The position numbers and the translations under genes are program-made. This document shows, one piece after another, positions 13,441-22,372 of a DNA stretch of 64,000 nt. Position 1 is the first letter of the stretch. Every line of letters begins with the position of its first letter. This stretch comes from an uncultured Alphaproteobacteria bacterium (GTDB taxonomy: Bacteria > Pseudomonadota > Alphaproteobacteria > HIMB59 > GCA-002718135), in contig CACNSY010000002.1 of the NCBI GenBank assembly GCA_902623255.1, positions 100,408 to 164,407 on the forward strand, written 5' to 3'. A model generated the notes under the pieces. It searched no databases and was not told where the DNA came from. It worked only from the letters and a program-made list of their open reading frames with translations.

Positions 13441-13634
13441 TTTTTTTATGTTTCATAAGTAAGTATTTTTCTTCAAATTTCAAAATATTAATGGTTTAGT
13501 TATTTTTTCTTACTATCACGGAAGTTTGTAAAATGTTGATAAAAAGTGCCAAATTTTATGAAAATCATCGAAATTTAATGCCAAATTTAACTAAAAATCT
13601 TGAATTTTAAATAGATAGATATTACTCTTAATAA

Positions 13635-13770
13635 GCCGGATAATACTCGTTTCTTAGCTTCGGAGGAACGCCAAGAATTTTTAATTATCTTACCCGCCGT
13701 TTGATAATTAGTTGAGTTTCTTATTCTAGAGAGGTGTCTGCCAAGGTACAAACTAGTTTTAGAGTCCGGC
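13635..13770 (+). ncRNA. candidate structured small RNA, class unknown
   Basis: G+C-enriched segment (about 40% by hand count) inside a 330-bp spacer. It has a closing helix GCCGGA/UCCGGC and three internal hairpins, one capped by C(UUCG)G. The G-U pairs are compatible only with the + strand. A possible TTGAAT-17-TACTCT promoter lies at 13600-13628. See findings. Confidence 0.35.
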
Positions 13771-14760
13771 CTACTTTAAATTTTTATTAAAAAATTCTTC
13801 CATCTTTTTAGAGTATGCTTCGGGATATTTAAACATAGCATCTACATGATAGGAGTTTTCAACTAACCAAAACTCAGCATTAATTTTATTTTGATTTGTG
13901 TATTCTTTAAAATAATTAAAGTGTCTTGTTAAGATTCTTGTATCAGAGTCGCCATGAGTAAAAAAATAATATTGGTTCTTTGATAATTTTTTAGCTGGAG
14001 ATAATTCTCTTGGATCTGTTCCAGTTAAGATTCTTCCAGCTAAACTAACTACTGGGCCAAATTCTATAGCAAGACCATATCTTGCTATTTCATCTTTTAA
14101 AATCATATTAAATTCAGCAAGTGAACTATCTGCCCACACTGCACGTATTTCTGGTTCTGCATGTGCTGCGAAAATAGAGGTGCTTGCACCAAGAGATATT
14201 CCATGTAATCCAATGCTATTAGACTTGAAACCAATTTTTTTTAAAAAATCAAATGCACCAAGAATATCATTATATGACTTTAAACCTAAATCATCATAAC
14301 TACTTACAGTATCACTTTGGCCGTAGTTTCTTAAATCTATCGTAAGAACATTAAATTTTTTATTAACTAAAAAACTTGCAATAAGATTTGCTTCAGACTT
14401 ACATTTACCATTCGGGCTTATACCGTGTGTTACAATTATAATTGGTCTATTTGGAAAATAATTAAACAGCCATCCATTAATCTTAATGTCTGAATCACGA
14501 GATTGAAAGTATACATCTTGCCATTCATCTAAATAATAGTCTTTAAAGTTAAAATTTTCTCTTACTTTTTGTCGTGCAAGAATAGAATATTCATGTGAGT
14601 CAACTGTTGTACTCCATGAATTAGGAAGGGATCCTTCGTGTAAACCACAAGTTGGATCTATTTTTAAAATTTGATAAGCAACATAAAAACCTGCAGTAAA
14701 ATAAACCACTACTAATAAGACAACTGTACTGACTAAAAATCTGATTATGTATTTCATCAA
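13771..14760 (-). CDS. membrane-anchored alpha/beta-fold hydrolase
   Basis: 329 aa with an N-terminal TM helix and the nucleophile elbow HGISLGAS (GxSxG). A C-terminal Asp/His region (HGDSD ... SYHVD) is also present. Confidence 0.7.
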   Translation of the reverse strand: MMKYIIRFLVSTVVLLVVVYFTAGFYVAYQILKIDPTCGLHEGSLPNSWSTTVDSHEYSILARQKVRENFNFKDYYLDEWQDVYFQSRDSDIKINGWLFNYFPNRPIIIVTHGISPNGKCKSEANLIASFLVNKKFNVLTIDLRNYGQSDTVSSYDDLGLKSYNDILGAFDFLKKIGFKSNSIGLHGISLGASTSIFAAHAEPEIRAVWADSSLAEFNMILKDEIARYGLAIEFGPVVSLAGRILTGTDPRELSPAKKLSKNQYYFFTHGDSDTRILTRHFNYFKEYTNQNKINAEFWLVENSYHVDAMFKYPEAYSKKMEEFFNKNLK

Positions 14761-15791
14761 TCTGGTTTTACTATAGTCATTTCATATAATCTGCTAGCGG
14801 TTCTTTTAAATTCTTCAGCTAGATCATTTATATTATTTAATGAATTTATAGGTTTTGATGCTAAAATTACAATAGAACAATTATTTTCATATAACATATC
14901 AATTAATCCAATAAATCTTCTGCATGAATCTTTCTTCTGATTATCAAATTCAGGAACATTTTTTAAAAATACCAACTTAAATTTATCTGCAATATTTTTG
15001 TAATCTTCATTACCAAAATTTACTTCACAAAGATTTTCAAAATCTATCATCATTAGATTTGATGTACATTTATCAAACTCTAGTTCACGGCTTTTAGATT
15101 TTATTTTTACAGTTGTTAAATGGGAAGGATCAACAAAGCGATTAAATAATTTTTCAAATTCATTTGATGTTTCAGTTGTTATAGGTGTGAAATATGTCTT
15201 TGATTGATTTAACGTTTGTCGACGAAAATCGGTTTTAATACTAATATCATAGAGAAAAAAATTTTTTTTAATTAAATCAATAAATGGTAGAAAATCATTT
15301 CTCTGCAAACCATCTTTATATAAATTATCTGGATGAAAATTTGACGACAATAATATAAATATTTTATATTTAGAAAAATAATTAAATATTTTTTTTATTA
15401 TTAATGCGTCAACAATATTAAAAATATGTAATTCATCAATAAATATTATTTTGTAATCTCTACTTAAATTCTTTACATAGTTTTCAATAGCAAATTCTTT
15501 ATTTTCTGATTTTTTAACTTGTTCATGGATTTCATTCATTAAGTTATTAAAATGAATTTTTTTTCCAATCTTGGTATTTTGATAAAATAAATTTAATAAA
15601 AATGTTTTTCCTGTTCCAACTTGACCATAAAGATAAATTCCTTCAAAAATTTTATCCTTAAAAAATAACTTTGTTTTACTAAAAGATGACCATACATTAT
15701 CTGCTTGTTTTAAGAATTCAATTTGATCTTTATTTTTTTTAATAAAATTATTTTCAACAAAACTATTGTATTGATCAATAACATTAAACAT
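14757..15791 (-). CDS. zapE: AFG1/ZapE-family ATPase
   Basis: 344 aa with Walker A GQVGTGKT and Walker B IFIDELH. Length and layout match the AFG1-like ATPase family. Confidence 0.8.
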   Translation of the reverse strand: MFNVIDQYNSFVENNFIKKNKDQIEFLKQADNVWSSFSKTKLFFKDKIFEGIYLYGQVGTGKTFLLNLFYQNTKIGKKIHFNNLMNEIHEQVKKSENKEFAIENYVKNLSRDYKIIFIDELHIFNIVDALIIKKIFNYFSKYKIFILLSSNFHPDNLYKDGLQRNDFLPFIDLIKKNFFLYDISIKTDFRRQTLNQSKTYFTPITTETSNEFEKLFNRFVDPSHLTTVKIKSKSRELEFDKCTSNLMMIDFENLCEVNFGNEDYKNIADKFKLVFLKNVPEFDNQKKDSCRRFIGLIDMLYENNCSIVILASKPINSLNNINDLAEEFKRTASRLYEMTIVKPD

Positions 15792-15931
15792 TATTTTTTA
15801 CCTAAGTACTGTTCAAGTTGTTTTAAAGTTTCTAGTTCACCACTGCTGATGCTTCTATTTTCTTTTTTCTTTTTTAATCTTTTATATTCCTTAATTAGAA
15901 AATTAAGACTCTCCATTATTTGTTTATTCAT
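15791..15931 (-). CDS. hypothetical 46-aa charged/coiled-coil protein (not in the ORF track)
   Basis: Sequence is MNKQIMESLNFLIKEYKRLKKKKENRSISSGELETLKQLEQYLGKK. Its ATG overlaps the TGA of the upstream MFS gene (ATGA) and its TAA overlaps the ATG of zapE (TAATG). Confidence 0.4.
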   Translation of the reverse strand: MNKQIMESLNFLIKEYKRLKKKKENRSISSGELETLKQLEQYLGKK

Positions 15932-17118
15932 GTTCTATAAATTATAGGTAAAATTGAAGATACAACAATCATAATGGAGCTGATTAAAAATATAACTGAT
16001 ATTCCATAACCCCAATCAATAATATATCCAAAAACAACAGGCGATAAGGCACTCGCAAAAACCCCAACTGCGTGCAGTAAAGCTTTAGCAGTGCCAATAC
16101 TTTTCACTCCGTAAATTTCTGCCCAGAGTGATCCCATAAACGGTGCTGATAAACCTAAGTTAAATCCAAATAAAGACATGTAAAGCACGAATGACCAAAA
16201 ATTATTAGAAAAAAAAAGAATAGTAATACAAACTAACAAAGGTAATAGTACAAAAGGGATTGCTTTCTTTGTATTTATCTTATCTATTAAAGGCCCTCCT
16301 ATTAATAATCCTATAATAGAGAATAATCCAAAATATATATAACCGTTCCCTAGCATTTCCATTGTCCACCCTTTAGCATCAAAAATATAAATCTGATGAA
16401 ACATTAACCCTGTACCAATAAATGGAAAGGATGCAGCTAATGGAAGATAGATAAAAAAAACTCGGTCTTTTAAAATTTCTGTAATGGTCCAACTTTTATG
16501 TGTTTTCTCATTATCAATATTTTTTTGAAGGGCTGCATCCCTACTTTTTTGATTATGAAGAATAAAGTATATTATTGGAATTAAGATTAAAAGAGTCAAA
16601 GTTGTTAAAAACCAAAGAGTTTTAAAATTAAAGTATGAGTTCAAATTAACAACAATCTTTGGTAAAAACATTATGCCTAACATTCCTCCAAGTGTTGCAA
16701 CTGATATTGCTTTACCTCTATCAATTAAAAAATATCTCGCCATTGATGTTGAGCCAGCATGTGTCATAGCTCCCTGTCCAAAAAAACGTAATAATAATAA
16801 AATAAAAAAAAGATGAAAAATATTTTTAAAAATAAAATAAAAACCAATACAAGCAAAAGCTAAACCTAGAATAACACCTATGGAGTATATTCTTAAATCA
16901 ATTATATCTATTAACTTAGCAAAGTTAATGAATAAAAAAGAACTTACAAGTGTGGCAATTGCGTAAACTAATCCAAACTCACCATCTGTTATTTTATATA
17001 GATTTCGAATATCTTCATTAAATAATGCAATGTAAAAAGTCTGTCCAAAACTTGCAAAGAAGACCATGGCAAATCCGTATACTAAGAGATTTGGATCATG
17101 TAAAAAAAATTTTTTCAT
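15928..17118 (-). CDS. MFS-type membrane transporter
   Basis: 396 aa with about 12 TM segments and a central basic loop (HNQKSRDAALQKNIDNEK). Confidence 0.65.
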   Translation of the reverse strand: MKKFFLHDPNLLVYGFAMVFFASFGQTFYIALFNEDIRNLYKITDGEFGLVYAIATLVSSFLFINFAKLIDIIDLRIYSIGVILGLAFACIGFYFIFKNIFHLFFILLLLRFFGQGAMTHAGSTSMARYFLIDRGKAISVATLGGMLGIMFLPKIVVNLNSYFNFKTLWFLTTLTLLILIPIIYFILHNQKSRDAALQKNIDNEKTHKSWTITEILKDRVFFIYLPLAASFPFIGTGLMFHQIYIFDAKGWTMEMLGNGYIYFGLFSIIGLLIGGPLIDKINTKKAIPFVLLPLLVCITILFFSNNFWSFVLYMSLFGFNLGLSAPFMGSLWAEIYGVKSIGTAKALLHAVGVFASALSPVVFGYIIDWGYGISVIFLISSIMIVVSSILPIIYRT

Positions 17119-17124
17119 TATGGT

Positions 17125-17796
17125 TTAAAGCAATTTTTTAATACTATTTAAAAGTTTTACCATTTTACTTTTATCTATTCTTCCTGTGTTAACATTTCTC
17201 GGGCTTGGATGATAACTACCAACCAAAATTTTCTTATCGGGTAAAATATTCATAGATCCGTGAGAAAAAATAAAATCTTTATTTCGTATTTCATATTGTT
17301 GCTTATAATAATTTACACAGGCATCATGACCAATTTTACCAAGGGCAACAATGACTTTTATTTTTTTTAACAAAGTAATTTCTTTATTGAAAAAATTAAA
17401 ACATGTTTTCAATTCCTGTGAAGTTGGTTTATCTTCTGGGGGTACACATTTAAGAGCAGTAGTTAAATACATATTTTGAAGTTCCAAACCATCTCCTCTA
17501 TCTACTGAATCTGGTTGGTTTGCAAATCCAGTTTTATATAAACAGGAGAATAAAAAATCTGCTGATTTATCCCCTGTAAAGACTCTACCTGTTCTATTTC
17601 CTCCGTGCGCTGCTGGTGCAAGGCCTACCATTAATAATTTTGCTTTTTCATCTCCGTAACCAGTAATTGGTTTACCCCAATAACTCTGATCAATATATTG
17701 TTTTCTTTTTTCTTTGGCAATTTTTTCACGGAAGTTAACTAAGCGTTCACACTTTCTGCAATGAATGATAGATTTGTTTAAATTACTTAATGTCAT
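17125..17796 (-). CDS. uracil-DNA glycosylase, family 4/5-type
   Basis: 223 aa with N-terminal Cys residues (HCRKCERL), the motif GLAPAAHGGNRTGRVFTGD and a C-terminal HPSPRN motif. Confidence 0.8.
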   Translation of the reverse strand: MTLSNLNKSIIHCRKCERLVNFREKIAKEKRKQYIDQSYWGKPITGYGDEKAKLLMVGLAPAAHGGNRTGRVFTGDKSADFLFSCLYKTGFANQPDSVDRGDGLELQNMYLTTALKCVPPEDKPTSQELKTCFNFFNKEITLLKKIKVIVALGKIGHDACVNYYKQQYEIRNKDFIFSHGSMNILPDKKILVGSYHPSPRNVNTGRIDKSKMVKLLNSIKKLL

Positions 17797-18390
17797 TTGG
17801 AAAATATATATTTATATTACAGCTCTGTGATTAATGAAAGAGCTAAAGCTATTCTAGAATTTTGTTTCATCAAAACTCCACTTGAACAATGGTTTAAAAA
17901 GGATGATGAATTTGATAATATTTTAAAAAGTACTTTTATGGATGATTACATTAAAGCCATTAATAATAATTATGATAATTGGAAAAATGATGCTGAAGAA
18001 TGTGTAGCTTTGATTATATTACTTGATCAATTATCAAGAAATTTTTTCAGAAATAATTCAAAAGCTTATGACCAGGATACTAAGTGTGTTTTAATTGTTA
18101 AAGAAGCAATAAGTAAAAATTATTTAGATAGCCTAGATATTGATAAAATACATTTTTTATTACTGCCATTAATTCATAGTGAAGATATCACGGATCATGA
18201 ACTTGGTCATAAATTGGTCGATCAATATTTAAATTATCATCGAGAATATACTAATATTAAAAAAGCTTGGGATGATCATAGCGTGGCAATTAAAAAATTT
18301 GGAAGGTATCCGCATAGAAATAAAATATTAAATAGAAAATCAACAAATGAAGAACAGTTATTTTTAACACAACCAAATAGTTCTTGGTAA
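17797..18390 (+). CDS. DUF924 family protein
   Basis: 197 aa with ILEFCF...WFKKDDEFDNILKSTF and a C-terminal FGRYPHRN motif typical of DUF924. The true start may be the GTG at 17827 rather than the TTG at 17797. Confidence 0.7.
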   Translation: MENIYLYYSSVINERAKAILEFCFIKTPLEQWFKKDDEFDNILKSTFMDDYIKAINNNYDNWKNDAEECVALIILLDQLSRNFFRNNSKAYDQDTKCVLIVKEAISKNYLDSLDIDKIHFLLLPLIHSEDITDHELGHKLVDQYLNYHREYTNIKKAWDDHSVAIKKFGRYPHRNKILNRKSTNEEQLFLTQPNSSW

Positions 18391-18399
18391 GATTAAGAT

Positions 18400-19332
18400 A
18401 TGCTTTTAGAGAGAGATTTTTCAGATATTTTAAAACAACTTGAGTTTAAAAAAGGAAAAATTAAAGCTATTCTTGATACAGACACCTACAATGAAATTGA
18501 TGATCAATTTGCTTTAGTACAATTGTTGTTTTCAAAAGAAAAAATAAATGTGCAAAGTATAAATGCTGCTCCTTTTTCAATGAATAATCGTTCAGATAAT
18601 CCAAAAAAGGGAATGGAGCTCAGTTATGATGAAATTTTTCGATTATTAGAAAAAATAAATTTTAAAAAAAATGATTTTGTTTTTAAAGGATCAAGAAAAT
18701 ATGTAGGTTTCGAAAAAAAACCTATTAATTCACCTGCAGCAGATAATATCATAGAGAGTGCTTTAAAATGTTCTGAAGAAGATCCTCTATACGTAATAGC
18801 TATCGGTGCAATTTCTAATGTTGCCTCGGCGTTATTGAAAGAGCCAGAAATTATTAAAAAAATTGTTGTAGTTTGGTTGGGGGGTAATGCACTTTATTGG
18901 CCACAAAATTCAGAATTTAATCTAAAGCAAGATATTGGAGGTGCTCAAGTTTTATTTGATTGCGGCGTCTCACTAGTGATGGTTCCTTGCAAGGGAGTAA
19001 CTTCACATCTTATTTCAACAGTTCCAGAAATCGAAAAATATATAGAACCTCATGGTCAAATTGGTAAGTTTCTTGCAATGCGATTTAAAGAGTACAACAA
19101 TATCCATAAAGGTTGGTCAAAAGAAATTTGGGATATGGCAGCTGTTGGTTATGTTTTAAATGAAGACTGGGCGCCAACTAACATAATACCTTCTCCAATT
19201 TTATTAAATGATATGAGTTGGAGTTCAGACAAAAACAGACATCCAATAAAAATAGTTTACGAAATCAAAAGGGATGCAATTTTAAAAGATTTTATTAAAA
19301 AATTAGAAAATTTTGTCAGTTCTTCCCATTAA
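18400..19332 (+). CDS. nucleoside hydrolase (IUNH family)-like protein
   Basis: 310 aa with the N-terminal Asp cluster ILDTDTYNEIDDQFAL, which resembles the DxDxxxDD motif of inosine/uridine-preferring nucleoside hydrolases. Confidence 0.7.
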   Translation: MLLERDFSDILKQLEFKKGKIKAILDTDTYNEIDDQFALVQLLFSKEKINVQSINAAPFSMNNRSDNPKKGMELSYDEIFRLLEKINFKKNDFVFKGSRKYVGFEKKPINSPAADNIIESALKCSEEDPLYVIAIGAISNVASALLKEPEIIKKIVVVWLGGNALYWPQNSEFNLKQDIGGAQVLFDCGVSLVMVPCKGVTSHLISTVPEIEKYIEPHGQIGKFLAMRFKEYNNIHKGWSKEIWDMAAVGYVLNEDWAPTNIIPSPILLNDMSWSSDKNRHPIKIVYEIKRDAILKDFIKKLENFVSSSH

Positions 19333-20085
19333 ATAATAAGACACTAAACCTAACCATTCGTGAGATCCTTGCTGAAAAGAATTTAGATTTGATAATAAAT
19401 TAAGATTGGGAATTAATTTAAATTCTTTAATATTTTTAAAATCCACTGCATATGGAATTAAATCCCAGTTATTTTTATTTGCTACAAGTAATGCTCTTTT
19501 CATATGCGAGGCAGATGTTATCAATAACCAATTTTCATTTATTTTTGGATTAGCTATTTTTTTTGAATATATTATATTTTCATAGGTGTTTCTTGAATTA
19601 TCTTCAAAAATTAACTTATCAATTTCTATTCCTATTTTTTTGTAAAAAGATTTTGCAACTTGTACGTTATCAAAATCAGGTCTATTTAAAATCCCTGATC
19701 CACCACTAAAAATTACTTTAGCCTTATCAAATTTTTTAATGATAAAAACAGATTCAACTAATCTTTCTGAAGAACCATTTAAACTGATTTGATCATATTC
19801 ATTATAAAGTAGAGGATTTGTTGCACCTCCCAAAATAAGAATGCCATCAACTTGGTCTGGAGGTTTTATGTATGAGTGATATTCTTTTTCAATATTATAA
19901 ATTAGATAACTTCCAATAGGTAAAAAAGAGATAAGTGCGATAAATACAAAATTAATCAGAAAAATAATTAAACCTAATCTTTGCAATTTAATAAAATATA
20001 AAAATATTGAGAGCAAAGTTACAAAAATAAAAATATTAAAAGGATTTAATATTAACCAAAGAACTTTAGATAGGTAAAATGACAT
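19303..20085 (-). CDS. DUF218 (YdcF/ElyC-like) membrane protein
   Basis: 260 aa with N-terminal TM helices followed by a DUF218-like domain (ILILGGA ... FSGGSG ... NTYEN). Its 3' end overlaps the convergent nucleoside hydrolase gene by 30 nt. Confidence 0.65.
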   Translation of the reverse strand: MSFYLSKVLWLILNPFNIFIFVTLLSIFLYFIKLQRLGLIIFLINFVFIALISFLPIGSYLIYNIEKEYHSYIKPPDQVDGILILGGATNPLLYNEYDQISLNGSSERLVESVFIIKKFDKAKVIFSGGSGILNRPDFDNVQVAKSFYKKIGIEIDKLIFEDNSRNTYENIIYSKKIANPKINENWLLITSASHMKRALLVANKNNWDLIPYAVDFKNIKEFKLIPNLNLLSNLNSFQQGSHEWLGLVSYYLMGRTDKIF

Positions 20086-20133
20086 AATATTTTATAGCTT
20101 TAGTTTATACTATATAATATTTTATAAATAAAA

Positions 20134-20208
20134 GGTCTCGTGGTGAAATGGATATCACACATGTCTTCGGAACATGGATTTGGGGTTCGAGTCCCTACGA
20201 GACCGCCA
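20134..20208 (+). tRNA. tRNA-Arg (anticodon UCG)
   Basis: 75-nt cloverleaf folded by hand. Acceptor stem is GGTCTCG/CGAGACC and the D arm is GTGA-AATGGATA-TCAC. The anticodon arm is CATGT-CTTCGGA-ACATG, giving anticodon TCG. The T arm is TGGGG-TTCGAGT-CCCTA, with discriminator G and an encoded CCA. It ends 1 nt before the convergent asd stop codon. Confidence 0.85.
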
Positions 20209-20209
20209 A

Positions 20210-21253
20210 TTAAATAGTTATTTTTTCTGAGTACTTTGCAATTACTAACTCAGCAATTTGAACAGCATTTAGTGCTGCTCCTTTGCGCAGATTATCTGAA
20301 ACTACCCATAGATTCAAACCATTATCTATTGATTGATCATTTCTAATTCTACTAATATAAACTTTATCCTCTCCTGCAATTTCAACAGGAGTCACATAAC
20401 CCTCATCTTTTCGATGATCAATTACTGAAATACCTTCAGAGTTAGATAATATTTCGTTAGCTTCTTTTTCATCTAATGGTGAGTCAAACTCTATATTTAC
20501 AGCCTCTGAATGGCCAATAAATACAGCTGTTCTAACACAAGTTGCTGAAACATTAATTCCCTCGTCTAGAATTTTTTTTGTTTCATCAATCATTTTTTGC
20601 TCTTCTTCAGTATTACCATTTTCTAAAAAAGCTCCAATATGTGGAATGGCATTAAAAGCAATTTGTTTTGTAAACTTTTCTTTTTTTAATTCTTGATTTG
20701 CATAAACATTTTGAGTCTGATTAAATAATTCATCCATACCTGTTTTACCTGCTCCAGAAACAGCTTGATATGTTGATACAACAACTCTGTTTATAATTGC
20801 TTTTTCATGAAGTGGTTTTAATGCAACAACCATTTGTATAGTTGAACAGTTAGGATTTGAAATAATATTAGTTCTGTTTTCATCATCAAAAAATTCATCA
20901 AGTGCATTAGCGTTTACTTCAGGAACGATTAAAGGAATATTTTGTTGCATTCGAAAATGAGAGGTATTGTCTATAACAATACATCCTTTTTTAGCTGCTT
21001 TTGGTGCATATTCTGCAGAAATTTTACCACCAGGTGAAAATAAACCAATGTGAGCTTTTGAAAAATCAAATTCTGATAAGTCTTCTACAACAATTTCTTT
21101 ATCTTTAAACTCTACTTTTTTGCCTTTTGATTTTGATGATGCAAGTAAATATAAATTGTCTATTGGAAAATCTCTTTGCTCTAATATTTGAACTATTTCT
21201 GTTCCTACCGCACCTGTTGCTCCAGCTACTGCTATATTGTATTTTTGAATCAT
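20210..21253 (-). CDS. asd: aspartate-semialdehyde dehydrogenase
   Basis: 347 aa with the NAD motif VAGATGAVG and the active-site motif NPNCSTIQ. Confidence 0.95.
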   Translation of the reverse strand: MIQKYNIAVAGATGAVGTEIVQILEQRDFPIDNLYLLASSKSKGKKVEFKDKEIVVEDLSEFDFSKAHIGLFSPGGKISAEYAPKAAKKGCIVIDNTSHFRMQQNIPLIVPEVNANALDEFFDDENRTNIISNPNCSTIQMVVALKPLHEKAIINRVVVSTYQAVSGAGKTGMDELFNQTQNVYANQELKKEKFTKQIAFNAIPHIGAFLENGNTEEEQKMIDETKKILDEGINVSATCVRTAVFIGHSEAVNIEFDSPLDEKEANEILSNSEGISVIDHRKDEGYVTPVEIAGEDKVYISRIRNDQSIDNGLNLWVVSDNLRKGAALNAVQIAELVIAKYSEKITI

Positions 21254-22366
21254 TTAATTTCCAGATAGAATTTTTAATTCTTCAATAACAGCATTGCCCA
21301 TTTCTTGAGTTGAGATAATTTTTTCTGCTCCATCTTTTATATCAGCTGTTCTTAAACCTTTTAGTAATACATTCTGTACAGCTTTCTCAATCATTTGACT
21401 ATCTTCTTGCATATCAAAACTATATTTCAACATCATAGCAAAGCTCATGATCATTGCTAAAGGGTTTGCTTTAGATTGACCAGCTATATCTGGTGCGCTA
21501 CCATGAACGGGCTCATACATTGCTGCTCTAGTTCCATTTTCTTTAACTGGTCCAAGAGCTGCTGAAGGAAGCATTCCTAAAGATCCTGTTAGCATAGCTG
21601 CAGTATCACTTAAAAGATCGCCAAATAAATTATCTGTGAGTATAACATCAAATTGTTTTGGATAACGAACTAACTGCATTGCACAATTATCTGCAAGCAT
21701 GTGTTCTAGATTAACATCAGAATATTCCTTTTTATGTAAATCTGTTACGGTTTGTTTCCAAAATAAACCTGTTTCCATTACATTTGATTTTTCTACTGAT
21801 GTAACTTTATTATTACGCAACTTTGCTAAATCAAATGCCACTCGTGAAACTCTATTAACTTCTGATGTGGTATACAGTTGAGTATCAACTGCTTTACTTT
21901 CAGTCTCACTAATTTTTGATATACCTCTTGGTTGTCCAAAATATACACCACTTGTTAACTCTCTTATTATCAAAATATCTAATCCTTTAACAAGATCAGA
22001 TTTTAAAGATGATGAATCTGAAAGAGCATCTAAAACAACAGCTGGTCTTAGATTAGCAAAGAGATCAAGGTCTTTTCTTAATCTTAATAAGGCTGCTTCA
22101 GGTCTTTTATCTCTTTCTACGTTATCCCATTTAGCGCCTCCTACCGCACCAAATAATACTGCATCACAATCCATAGCTACTTGCATTGTTTCATCACTTA
22201 TAGAATTACCTTCTTTATCGTATGCCGTACCCCCAACTAATCTTTCAGATATATCAAAAGATAAAGATTTAGTTTTTTCCATCCAATCAATGATTTTTAA
22301 TACCTCAGCCATAACTTCATTGCCAATTCCATCACCAGGTAAAATTAAAATTTTTTTATTTCTCAT
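21254..22366 (-). CDS. leuB: 3-isopropylmalate dehydrogenase
   Basis: 370 aa with the [12 protein letters not shown]-terminus and the NLFGDLLSD...GSLGMLPSA signature. Confidence 0.95.
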   Translation of the reverse strand: MRNKKILILPGDGIGNEVMAEVLKIIDWMEKTKSLSFDISERLVGGTAYDKEGNSISDETMQVAMDCDAVLFGAVGGAKWDNVERDKRPEAALLRLRKDLDLFANLRPAVVLDALSDSSSLKSDLVKGLDILIIRELTSGVYFGQPRGISKISETESKAVDTQLYTTSEVNRVSRVAFDLAKLRNNKVTSVEKSNVMETGLFWKQTVTDLHKKEYSDVNLEHMLADNCAMQLVRYPKQFDVILTDNLFGDLLSDTAAMLTGSLGMLPSAALGPVKENGTRAAMYEPVHGSAPDIAGQSKANPLAMIMSFAMMLKYSFDMQEDSQMIEKAVQNVLLKGLRTADIKDGAEKIISTQEMGNAVIEELKILSGN

Positions 22367-22372
22367 TTTTGG

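Noticed and set aside
13533-13610. A 25-aa ORF (MLIKSAKFYENHRNLMPNLTKNLEF) in the sdhC-upstream spacer.
   Set aside because: It has only a weak GGAA-type SD and no hydrophobic or otherwise recognisable character. It overlaps the TGCCAAATTT repeats and the candidate promoter. An ORF of this length is expected by chance.
13635-13770. Assignment of the candidate sRNA to a known class: tmRNA piece, SRP/4.5S RNA, RNase P, or TPP or glycine riboswitch.
   Set aside because: It has no T-loop (GGTTCGA) or CCA end, and no tag-like reading frame ending in AA-stop. It lacks a GNRA tetraloop flanked by the AGCA/GGAA SRP motif. The AGAGUCCGGCC match to the RNase P GGAAAGUCCGGGC box sits at the very 3' end and runs into a coding gene. 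GGAUAAU and CUAGAGA resemble TPP-box pieces but are in the wrong order, and no thiamine gene follows. Identity with 6S RNA cannot be excluded by eye.
20086-20260. The tRNA-Arg gene as a possible integration site for a genomic island.
   Set aside because: I saw no integrase, no direct repeat of the tRNA 3' end and no compositional shift on either side. The flanking genes (DUF218, asd) look like ordinary chromosomal genes.
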